DNA of 64,000 nucleotides from Azospirillaceae bacterium (GTDB lineage: Bacteria; Pseudomonadota; Alphaproteobacteria; Azospirillales; Azospirillaceae): the NCBI GenBank assembly GCA_035626475.1, contig DASPNP010000075.1:11788-75787 (forward strand). The letters run 5' to 3'. Under the pieces are notes generated by a model that was given only the letters and a program-made list of their open reading frames with translations, had not been told where the DNA came from and did not search any database. A program made the position numbers and the translations under genes. Shown here in pieces: positions 33,911 through 41,467 of the stretch. Position 1 is the first letter of the stretch, and every line of letters starts with the position of its first letter.

Positions 33911-34564
33911 TCAGGAGCGCGGGGCGAAGCCGGCGATGCTGAAGACGGCGGTCTTGCGGCCCTGGGCGCGGCCGGCGAGCGCGAAGCCGCCGGGGCCGTT
34001 CCACCAGGCCTGCAGCGCGTCCTGCGAGGGGAATTCCAGGATCAGCACGCGGGTCGGCGAGACGGCGCCCTCCAGCGTCTCCAGCGGCGCGCCGTCCACC
34101 AGCACGCGGCCGGCGCCCTCGATCGCCATGGCGGGCAGCTTGGGCGCCTCGATGTTCAGCAGCTGCAGCAGATAGGCCTTGCGCCCGCTGGCGGGGCCGG
34201 GCGCCGACCCTTCCAGCCGCAGCACGTCGAAGCTGCCACCGCCCTCGCGGATCTTCACCGCGTCCCGGTAGGCGGGGCTGGTCCAGAAGGACTTCACCGC
34301 GTCCGGGCTGGGGAAGTGGGAGATGACCATGCCGCGGGCCGTCATCTCGCCCGACAGCTGCTCCACGCCCCGGCCCGGGCCGCCCAGCGCCAGGTAGGCG
34401 CCGCCATGGGCCTGGTAGATGGGCGGCAGCGCCTGCTGGTAGGCCGCGCGCTTCTCCTGGTCGGAGAAGCCGCCCATGACCAGCAGGTAGCCATCGGCCA
34501 AAGCGGCCGCGGGCGCCAGCGAGAGGATCAGTCCCAGGAACGCCGCGAACCGCTTGGTGATCAT
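33911..34564 (-). CDS. secreted protein with two DUF1330 domains
   Basis: Signal MITKRFAAFLGLILSLAPAAALA. First unit YLLVMGGFSDQEKRAAYQQALPPIYQAHGGAYLALGG...VISHFPSPDAVKSFWTSPAYRDAVKIREG. Second unit ...RVLILEFPSQDALQAWWNGPG. Confidence 0.7.
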   Translation of the reverse strand: MITKRFAAFLGLILSLAPAAALADGYLLVMGGFSDQEKRAAYQQALPPIYQAHGGAYLALGGPGRGVEQLSGEMTARGMVISHFPSPDAVKSFWTSPAYRDAVKIREGGGSFDVLRLEGSAPGPASGRKAYLLQLLNIEAPKLPAMAIEGAGRVLVDGAPLETLEGAVSPTRVLILEFPSQDALQAWWNGPGGFALAGRAQGRKTAVFSIAGFAPRS

Positions 34565-34567
34565 GGA

Positions 34568-35965
34568 TCAGAACCCCGTGGCGATGCGCTCGACCAGCTG
34601 GCGGACCGTGGGCACGAAGCCGCCCTGGTACCAGGGGTCGCTGGCGAAGCGGTAGGCGTTGTGGCCGGCGAACATCAGCTGGTGCTCGACATCGTCGGAG
34701 TGGCTGATGTTCTGCAGGGTCTTCTGGATGCAGAAGCTGCGGGGGTCGGCCTTGCGGCCCGTCGTCCCCTCCTCGTTCTGCGCCCAGTTCGAGAAGTTGC
34801 AGGCGGACAGGCAGCCCATGCAGTCCACCTGGTCCTTGTGGATGTGCTCGCCCTCCTCCGGGGTCACGAAGATCAGCGTCGTGTCCGGCGTCTTCATGGC
34901 CATGGTGTAGCCGGCGGCGACCCAGGCCTCGGCGTTCTCCTTGTCGTGCGGCGTCAGGTAGACCGGGCGGCCGCGCGGGCCGGTGCGGAACTCCGCGACA
35001 TGCTCGCCCACCGGCTCCACCGCATAGGCCACCTGCCGGTCGGCCCGGCCCTTCAGCGCTTCCAGGAACGGGTTGCTGACGGCGGAGGAGTAGAAGCCGG
35101 TCGGCGAGAAGCGGTTCAGGTAGACGTCGCCCTTCTTCAGGGTCAGCAGCTTCTGCTTCCACGCCTCGGAGATCGGGCTCTCCCGGGTCAGCAGCGGGCG
35201 CGTGCCGAACTGGAAGGCGACCGGGCCCAGCTCCGGATTGTCCAGCCAGTGCTCCCACTCCGACAGCCACCAGACGCCGCCGGCCATGACGATCGGCGTG
35301 TCGTTCAGCCCGAAGCTGTTCATCATCTGGCGCAGCGCCACCACCCGGGGATAGGGGTCCTCGGGCCGCAAGGGGTCCTCGCTGTTGGACAGGCCGTTGT
35401 GGCCGCCCGCCAGCCACGGATCCTCATAGACGACGCCGCCCAGGTTCGCCGGGAACTTGTTGTAGGCGCGCAGCCACAGCGCGCGGAAGGCGCGGGCCGA
35501 GGAGACGATCGGGTAGTAGTGCACACCGTACTTCACGGCGATCTCGGCCACCCGGTAGGGCATGCCGGCGCCGCAGGTGATGCCGTGGATGAGGCCCTTC
35601 GCCCCCTCCAGGATGCCGTGCAGGATGCGCTCGGCCGCGGCCATCTCCCACAGCACGTTCATGTGGATGCGGCCATTGCCGCCCGACATCTCGTGCGCCA
35701 CGCGGGCCTGGTAGACGCCGCCGCGGATGGAGTGGGCGACCAGCTCCTCGTGCCGCTCGCGGCGGGTGCGGCCGTGATAGTTCTGCGGGATGATGGCGCC
35801 CGTCTCGTCGCGCGCGTCGGCATTGACGCCCGAGAAGGTGCCGATGCCGCCGGCCGCCGCCCAGGCGCCGCAGCTCTCGCCGTTCGAGACCGAAATGCCC
35901 TTGCCGCCCTCGACGAGCGGAAGCACGTCCTTGCCGGACATGCGCAGCGGGTTCAACGCCTTCAC
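34568..35965 (-). CDS. nitronate monooxygenase / NAD(P)H-dependent flavin oxidoreductase family (long form)
   Basis: VLPLVEGGKGISVSNGESCGAWAAAGGIGTFSGV...HGITCGAGMPY...IVMAGGVWWLSEW. GTG start preceded by GGAGG. Confidence 0.8.
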   Translation of the reverse strand: MKALNPLRMSGKDVLPLVEGGKGISVSNGESCGAWAAAGGIGTFSGVNADARDETGAIIPQNYHGRTRRERHEELVAHSIRGGVYQARVAHEMSGGNGRIHMNVLWEMAAAERILHGILEGAKGLIHGITCGAGMPYRVAEIAVKYGVHYYPIVSSARAFRALWLRAYNKFPANLGGVVYEDPWLAGGHNGLSNSEDPLRPEDPYPRVVALRQMMNSFGLNDTPIVMAGGVWWLSEWEHWLDNPELGPVAFQFGTRPLLTRESPISEAWKQKLLTLKKGDVYLNRFSPTGFYSSAVSNPFLEALKGRADRQVAYAVEPVGEHVAEFRTGPRGRPVYLTPHDKENAEAWVAAGYTMAMKTPDTTLIFVTPEEGEHIHKDQVDCMGCLSACNFSNWAQNEEGTTGRKADPRSFCIQKTLQNISHSDDVEHQLMFAGHNAYRFASDPWYQGGFVPTVRQLVERIATGF

Positions 35966-36106
35966 TACCTACCTCCACCACCGTCGGCGCGCGGCCGGCC
36001 AGGGGCCGCGTCCACCCGGAATTCCCAGTCAGGGCTGCATATAGGAAAAGCTGGCGGGACGGAAGAGTCACCTCCTCCGGCAGGGCTTATCAGGGATCCC
36101 GCATGC

Positions 36107-36841
36107 TCAGGCGACGGCCGCCAGCCCCTCCGGCGTGTCGGTGAAAACAGCCGAGACACCCCAGCCGAACACCTCGCGCGCCGCCGGCACGCTGTTGACC
36201 GTATAGGCCAGCACCGGCCGGCCGCTGGCCCGGTACTCGGCGATGGTCCCGGCGCTCTCCTTGCGGGCGTTGACGTTGATGGTGGCGGCGCTCACCCGGT
36301 CTGCCTTCTCGCGCCAGTCCGGCACCCGGCGGTCGATCAGGAAGCCGATCGGCCAGGCCGGCACCACCTGCCGCGCCATCACCAGCGAGGCGTACTCGAA
36401 GCTGGAGACCAGCGGCGGCGCCTTGCCCTCGGGCCACAGGCTGTAGGCCATGGACAGGGCCACGCCCGCCGTCTCCTCCTCGCGCCCCGGGCAGGGCTTG
36501 ATCTCCAGATTGATGCCCAGCCCCAGCGCGTGCACCAGCTCCAGGCAGGCGGCCAGGGTGGGCACCGGCTCGCCGCGGAAGGCGGGGGAGAACCAGCGGC
36601 CGGCATCGAGCCGCGCGATGTCAGCGTAATCATGCTCGGCGACCTTGCCGCGCCCGTCGGTGGTGCGGCCGAGCTCCTCGTCATGCATCAGGATCGGCAC
36701 GCCGTCGCGGGTCAGCTTGACGTCGACCTCCACCCAGCGCGCGCCCTGCGCCGCGGCGGTGCGGATGCCGGCCAGCGTGTTCTCCGGGGCATGCTTCGCG
36801 GCGCCGCGGTGGCCGATGAGGCGGGGCAGGTCCAGGGTCAT
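36107..36841 (-). CDS. ugpQ: glycerophosphodiester phosphodiesterase
   Basis: LIGHRGAAKHAPENTLAGIRTAAAQGARWVEVDVKLTRDGVPILMHDEELGRTTDG. ATGA overlap with the upstream gene. Confidence 0.8.
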   Translation of the reverse strand: MTLDLPRLIGHRGAAKHAPENTLAGIRTAAAQGARWVEVDVKLTRDGVPILMHDEELGRTTDGRGKVAEHDYADIARLDAGRWFSPAFRGEPVPTLAACLELVHALGLGINLEIKPCPGREEETAGVALSMAYSLWPEGKAPPLVSSFEYASLVMARQVVPAWPIGFLIDRRVPDWREKADRVSAATINVNARKESAGTIAEYRASGRPVLAYTVNSVPAAREVFGWGVSAVFTDTPEGLAAVA

Positions 36842-37377
36842 CGTTTTCCTCTGCCGAAGATGCTGGCGGGGGTCTGGTCCGGATCGGGCACGACATGGCC
36901 CAGCGAGACGAAATTGTCGCGGGTGCGCTCGGACAGGCGCAGCCGGTTCTCCGTCGCCGCCTCCGCCGCCAGCGCCGCCACCCGGTCGAATCCGTCCAGG
37001 CTGGATTCCAGCGCCAGGCGCTTGCCGCCGCCGGTCAGCGTCAGCTGCATCCAGCCTTCCTTCCGGTCCTTGCGGGTGGAGTAGTAGTCCAGCTTAACGT
37101 CGGACAGCTCCGCCCATTTGATGGGCTTGCCGAAGGGGCCGCGCGCTGCGATGCCCTCGACGTCCAGCCGGTAGGTCGTCGCCTGGCGCAGTAGGGTACG
37201 CGCCTCGTAGGCGGCGAACAGCGCCGCGGCCAGCGCCAGCGGCACCGCCAGCAGCGGATGCGGCGTGGTCAGCAGGAAAGGCCCGGCGGTCAGGGCAAGG
37301 CCCGCCAGGGCGCGCAGATGGTCGCCGCGCAGCGCGTCGGCGGGATAGCGGAGGTCGCGGCCGGGAAGCTCGGTCAT
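36838..37377 (-). CDS. hypothetical membrane protein (two TM segments plus a PH-like soluble domain)
   Basis: LRALAGLALTAGPFLLTTPHPLLAVPLALAAALFAAYEA, then YRLDVEGIAARGPFGKPIKWAELSDVKLDYYSTRKDRKEGWMQLTL. GTG 37386 is an alternative start. Confidence 0.55.
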   Translation of the reverse strand: MTELPGRDLRYPADALRGDHLRALAGLALTAGPFLLTTPHPLLAVPLALAAALFAAYEARTLLRQATTYRLDVEGIAARGPFGKPIKWAELSDVKLDYYSTRKDRKEGWMQLTLTGGGKRLALESSLDGFDRVAALAAEAATENRLRLSERTRDNFVSLGHVVPDPDQTPASIFGRGKR

Positions 37378-37386
37378 GCCGGGCAC

Positions 37387-37905
37387 TTAAGCCGAGCCGC
37401 GCCTAAGGGGCAAGAGCGCACGGGCGGCGGCGACCGGATCGGGATCGAGCGACAGCCGGTCCGGCATCGGTCCGGCCGGGCCGCTTCCCGCCGGCGGCTC
37501 CTCGGCACCCGGCGGGCGGCGGCAGGCCACGGGGACGCCGTGCTGATGGCCGCGCTCCGCCAGCGGCCGCAGCTCGAAGCGGAAGCCGCGCCGGGCGAAG
37601 GGGTAGCGGTCCAGCACCAGCAGGTCCGGCGCGAAAGCCACGGCGGCGGCCAGCGCCGCCGCCGCCCGGCGCTTCTTCCAGGCATGCGACAAGGGTTCGC
37701 CCGCCGCGTCCAGCAGCAGCGGGCCGGCGGGATCGGCCAGCCGCGCCGGCGGCAGCGCCGTCACCCCGGTTAAGGGCGGAGGGGACGCTCCGCCCCAGAG
37801 CAGCGCCACCTTGGCGCCGAGGCGGGAAAGCGCCTCCGCCAGCGCCGCCATGTCGGCGCCGTCGCCGGGCAGCAGCGGCTGGCACCAGAGGAGGATGCGT
37901 CCCAT
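37387..37905 (-). CDS. 172-aa protein resembling only the N-terminal half of a COG4671-type glycosyltransferase (possible gene remnant)
   Basis: MGRILLWCQPLLPGDGADMAALAEALSRLGAKVALLWGG...SHAWKKRRAAAALAAAVAFAPDLLVLDRYPFARRGFRFELRPL follows the N-terminal Rossmann half of that GT family as I recall it. The ORF then ends, and the next gene starts immediately. Confidence 0.4.
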   Translation of the reverse strand: MGRILLWCQPLLPGDGADMAALAEALSRLGAKVALLWGGASPPPLTGVTALPPARLADPAGPLLLDAAGEPLSHAWKKRRAAAALAAAVAFAPDLLVLDRYPFARRGFRFELRPLAERGHQHGVPVACRRPPGAEEPPAGSGPAGPMPDRLSLDPDPVAAARALLPLRRGSA

Positions 37906-38023
37906 AAGTCGGAGCCTACCCTATACGCAAGACACAGGCGCCACGGCCCGCTTCCGGCTGGACAGGCGGGGCGGGCTGGGGCACCACTAGCCGCATGGTT
38001 ACCCATTGCGGGGGCGCCCTTCC

Positions 38024-38470
38024 ATGATCATGGCCGACGACGTCGAGGCGCTCCGGCGCATCCCGCTCTTCGCGAACATCGAGCCCTCCCAGCTCTCCCT
38101 CCTGGCCTTCACCGCCGAGCGGGTGCGCTATCCGGCCGGCCACACGCTGTTCGGCCAGAACGAGGTGGGCGACAGCGCCTATGTCATCCTGGAGGGCGAG
38201 GCCGAGGTGATGGTCGAGACGCCCAGCGGGCCGCTGACCGTCGCCACCGTCGGCAAGAACGACTTCGTCGGCGAGATCGCGATCCTCTGCGGCGTGCCGC
38301 GCACGGCGGCGGTGCGGGCCAAGTCGGACCTGTCGGCGCTCAGGATCGAGAAGGAGCTGTTCTTCCGCCTCGTGACCGAGTTCCCCCAGATGGCCATTGA
38401 GATCATGCGCGTCCTGGCCCAGCGCCTGGAAGCCACCACCCGCCAACTGCGCGAGGCGCGGTCGAATTAG
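38024..38470 (+). CDS. stand-alone cyclic-nucleotide-binding domain protein
   Basis: LRRIPLFANIEPSQLSLLAFTAERVRYPAGHTLFGQNEVGDSAYVILEGEAEV...FVGEIAILCGVPRTAAVRA. No DNA-binding domain follows. Confidence 0.8.
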   Translation: MIMADDVEALRRIPLFANIEPSQLSLLAFTAERVRYPAGHTLFGQNEVGDSAYVILEGEAEVMVETPSGPLTVATVGKNDFVGEIAILCGVPRTAAVRAKSDLSALRIEKELFFRLVTEFPQMAIEIMRVLAQRLEATTRQLREARSN

Positions 38471-38482
38471 GGGCGCTTGGGC

Positions 38483-38641
38483 GGCGGCGTTGCCGGAGTG
38501 CGTGCTTCGACAGGCTCAGCATGAGGAGGGATCCAGCTGCTCCGGGCCAGAAATGAGCGGGATGACACCAGGAGTGCCTGGCATGTCCCTCCCTCATCCC
38601 GAGCTTGTCGAAGGACGCACAACGTCCCGGCCTCTCCCAAC
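38483..38641. repeat. intergenic long-hairpin repeat, family A, copy 3
   Basis: Left arm GTGCGTGCTTCGACAGGCTCAGCATGAGG (38498-38526) and right arm CCCTCATCCCGAGCTTGTCGAAGGACGCAC (38591-38620). The internal CAGGAGTGCCTGGCATGTCCCTCCCTCATCC closely matches copy 2. Confidence 0.85.
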
Positions 38642-38762
38642 CAGTTCCTCCACCCCCCCCGAAACGCGAAAGGCGCCCGCCCGGGGTCCGGGGGGGCGCC
38701 TTCCGTCTGGCGCCGCCCGCCGGGGTCTTCGCCCCGGCGGCACGGCGGACCCGGCTGACGGG

Positions 38763-38930
38763 TCAGTTCCGCGTGTAGCGGTCGAGCTGCTCCTTTACGT
38801 GCAGCTTCTCGAACTTGAGGTTACGGACAGCCATGCTGTCATGGTAGGGCCGGGCCAATTCCGACTGGATCCTGGACTCGAGCAAGGCGTGCTTCTGACG
38901 CAGGCTCTCGATGTGGTGCTCCGCGGCCAT
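38763..38930 (-). CDS. DUF465 (YdcH-like) small protein, 55 aa
   Basis: Not in the ORF track. Manual translation gives MAAEHHIESLRQKHALLESRIQSELARPYHDSMAVRNLKFEKLHVKEQLDRYTRN. GGAGGAATACG SD directly upstream. Confidence 0.8.
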   Translation of the reverse strand: MAAEHHIESLRQKHALLESRIQSELARPYHDSMAVRNLKFEKLHVKEQLDRYTRN

Positions 38931-39253
38931 CGTATTCCTCCGACTTGGTGGGGGGGAAATACGGTCCCGTCACCCTGCCTTCCGCCCCGGCCTTGTTTTC
39001 GGCCTTGTTGTATCGGCCGGGCAGGGTATGCCGGTCCGATCTCTCTTGCCCGCGAAGCGTATACGGATCGGCCGTTAACCTGAAGTGCCTAGAACGCAGA
39101 GCCGGCGGCTCTAGGTCTTCGAATCTTGAATATCGGTCACCGACATTACCCGGCCATAAGCCCATAGAACTTTTGGCAAGCCTTTGTCGGGGTTGAGTCA
39201 ACCCACCCGTCCGGGACCGCGTTTATACTTTTGGAATGCCCTCCCGCGACAAA

Positions 39254-39276
39254 GCCGCGCGGGTGGAGAGGCGCGG
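39254..39276 (-). terminator. candidate intrinsic terminator after the 39285 gene
   Basis: On the minus strand CCGCGC-CTCTCCACCC-GCGCGG is followed by CTTTGTC. Short stem and weak U-tract. Confidence 0.3.
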
Positions 39277-39284
39277 ATTATTTC

Positions 39285-39545
39285 CTACCCGCGGCGCAGG
39301 CGCAGCAGCAGCAGGATCGCCAGGCCGATGCCGCCCAGCACCAGCGAGGCCGGCCAGGAGAAGAGCGGGCTCCACAGCGCCGCCGGGGTCCAGTACTGGA
39401 ACACGTCGGCGCTGGGCGCGTGCAGGCCGTGCCACAGCGATCCCAGCCGCACAGGCGCCCGGCCGCGCAGCGCGTCGACCAGCAGGATGATGGCGCCCGA
39501 GGCCAGCAGCCCGATGCCCAGCGCCCGCCAGATCCGCTTCATCAT
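39285..39545 (-). CDS. hypothetical small membrane protein (86 aa)
   Basis: MMKRIWRALGIGLLASGAIILLVDAL...WPASLVLGGIGLAILLLLRLRRG has two hydrophobic segments. ATGA overlap with the upstream L,D-transpeptidase-like gene. Confidence 0.55.
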   Translation of the reverse strand: MMKRIWRALGIGLLASGAIILLVDALRGRAPVRLGSLWHGLHAPSADVFQYWTPAALWSPLFSWPASLVLGGIGLAILLLLRLRRG

Positions 39546-40075
39546 ATGTCCGCACCTCCGGCAGGCGCAGGCACCACGACCCGGTCGCCCGGCCCGCAGC
39601 GGCCCAGCAGATCGAGCAGGTCGGGCAGGGCCAGCGCGACGCAGCCGGCGGTCGGCTCCCAGTCGGGCCGCGCCACATGCATGAAGACGGCGCTGCCGAG
39701 CCCCGGCACCGGCGGCTCGTCATTGTGGGCCAGCACGACCACGACGTCGTAGACCCCGTCCTCCCGCCACATCTCCTCGTGGCTGGCGGCGAAGGGCCGC
39801 TTGACCGGGCGGTTGTAGTCGGGATGGGCGGGATCGTCGCACCAGCCATCGTCCGGTTCGATCGCCGCCACGGGCAGGCCGGTCTCCGGCGGGGCGGGCA
39901 GCCGGTCGGGACGGTAGAGCACGCGGCGCAGGGCGAAGGCGCCCACCGGCGTGCCGCCGTCGCCCTCGCGCTTGTCGGCGATGATGCCGCCGCGCCCCAG
40001 GGCGCAACGGGCGGAACCACCGGGCCAGCTCAGCCGGGCGGTGCCGTCGGGAAGGGTTTCCACGGTCAGGTCCAT
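39542..40075 (-). CDS. YkuD/L,D-transpeptidase catalytic-domain family protein (COG3786-type)
   Basis: ...GDGGTPVGAFALRRVLYRPDR...GSAVFMHVARPDWEPTAGCVALALPDLLDLL has the His...Cys catalytic signature of the YkuD fold. No obvious signal peptide. Confidence 0.75.
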   Translation of the reverse strand: MDLTVETLPDGTARLSWPGGSARCALGRGGIIADKREGDGGTPVGAFALRRVLYRPDRLPAPPETGLPVAAIEPDDGWCDDPAHPDYNRPVKRPFAASHEEMWREDGVYDVVVVLAHNDEPPVPGLGSAVFMHVARPDWEPTAGCVALALPDLLDLLGRCGPGDRVVVPAPAGGADI

Positions 40076-40139
40076 GCCGCCCTTATAGCCGGGCGATCCG
40101 GCTCAAGTCACGGGGCCAAGTCACGGGGGAGCAGCGGGA

Positions 40140-41336
40140 TCAGCGGGCCAGCGGCTGCGCGCCCATGCCCGGCGCCATCCCCATGGCCTGCGGCACCAGG
40201 CCCGGCGGGATCACGACGTTCTCGCCCCGGGCGCGCATCTGGGCCTGGTACTTGTCCATCGCGTGCATCATGCGCTGGGCGACCTGCTCCTTCGGCACCG
40301 GCGGCGGTGCGACGGGCTCGCGGGACCGCTCCGCCGCCGCATCCTTCGGTGGCTCGGCCTTGGCCGGGGCGGGGAAGCCGGCGGCCTCCTCGGCGGCGCT
40401 CTGCAGCAGGCTTGGATGGGCGAGGCTGACCGGCGGCGGCGCCGGGCGCATGCGGGCGATCTGGGCGGCGCGGTCGCGCTGCACCGTCTGCTCGATGGCG
40501 GCGGGCACGCGCGGCTGCTCGCGCACTTCGCCGCCGCCGGCCGAGGCGAGCGCGCGGTACTTGTCCAGCCCCATGCCCTTGGTCTGGCCGCGCGGCAGGC
40601 TGCCGGTGGTCTGGGAGCGCTGGGCCAGGGCCTCCAGCGCGTCGGACTGGGTCTTGGACAGGGCGTAGGGCTCGGCCGCCGGCGGGGTGCCGCCCAGCGG
40701 CTTGCCGCCCGGCAGTGCGCCCGACGGTGAGGCCGCCAGCGCGGCCAGCGCGGCGTCCGCCGCCTGCGACAGCTCCACCGGCCCCAGCGCCGCGCCGGGC
40801 GACGCGGCCGCCAGGGAGGCCGGGACGGGTTGGCCGGCGGGCGGCACGGGAGCGGGCTGGAGCGCGACCGGCTGCGCGCGGCGCGGCTGGTCGGGCGCGG
40901 CCCCGGCCACCATGGTCTCCGGTTCCATCGGCACGGGCTCGCCCCGCCGGTCGCCCTTGAGCATGGCGATGACGTGGCCGCCGATGCTGGCGCCGGTGGA
41001 CTCCTCGATCATCACGTCGCCCGCCGCCAGCGCCAGCCCGATGGGCCCGCCCAGGATGGCGGCGCCGGCCAGCTTGGCCGCCGGCTTGATCGTGTCGCCG
41101 GTGATCTCGCGGTAGATGGTGTTGACGACCGGGATGTGCTGCAGCGGGTTGATGATGTCGACGAAGTCCCAGAAGGACATGCCCTCATCCCTGCGGGCCT
41201 CCTTCGGGTCCTTCTGGACGCGCGCCTCGGCCCCCGCTCCGGATGCGGAGGCGTGACCGGCGGTGCGCTCTGCCCCGCCATTGTCCGCCATGGGCCCCCG
41301 AGGGGCGTGGATCTGATGCTGCAGTGAAGTCGTCAT
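40140..41336 (-). CDS. hypothetical protein with a conserved-looking N-terminal block and a long Pro/Ala-rich region
   Basis: ...MSFWDFVDIINPLQHIPVVNTIYREITGDTIKPAAKLAGAAILGGPIGLALAAGDVMIEE..., then PA-rich low complexity. Start uncertain (41336, 41291 or 41366). Confidence 0.5.
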   Translation of the reverse strand: MTTSLQHQIHAPRGPMADNGGAERTAGHASASGAGAEARVQKDPKEARRDEGMSFWDFVDIINPLQHIPVVNTIYREITGDTIKPAAKLAGAAILGGPIGLALAAGDVMIEESTGASIGGHVIAMLKGDRRGEPVPMEPETMVAGAAPDQPRRAQPVALQPAPVPPAGQPVPASLAAASPGAALGPVELSQAADAALAALAASPSGALPGGKPLGGTPPAAEPYALSKTQSDALEALAQRSQTTGSLPRGQTKGMGLDKYRALASAGGGEVREQPRVPAAIEQTVQRDRAAQIARMRPAPPPVSLAHPSLLQSAAEEAAGFPAPAKAEPPKDAAAERSREPVAPPPVPKEQVAQRMMHAMDKYQAQMRARGENVVIPPGLVPQAMGMAPGMGAQPLAR

Positions 41337-41467
41337 GCCCTGTCTCCCGCTGACCGGAAGAAGCAAGGCACATGCCAGAGCGGATATGCTGCTGGATCAA
41401 CGGGTTAGGCGGCACCCACCCTCCGGCCGGATCGACCCTCCGGCAAAAGAGTCCGGGCAGTCCTTGC

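Noticed and set aside
33843-37084. 524-aa (-) and 922-aa (+) ORFs spanning the DUF1330, NMO and ugpQ genes
   Set aside because: Arg/Gly/Pro-rich translations crossing several well-supported genes. No domain signatures.
39157-39180. TGGCAAGCCTTTGTC, another sigma-54-like string
   Set aside because: The -12 element is TGT, not TGC, and there is no plus-strand gene downstream.
38839-39201. ORFs 38839..39201 (-) and 38945..39196 (+) in the lower-GC spacer upstream of the DUF465 gene
   Set aside because: No Shine-Dalgarno sequence and atypical composition for this genome's proteins. One overlaps the well-supported DUF465 gene. Treated as non-coding and reported as a finding about the spacer.
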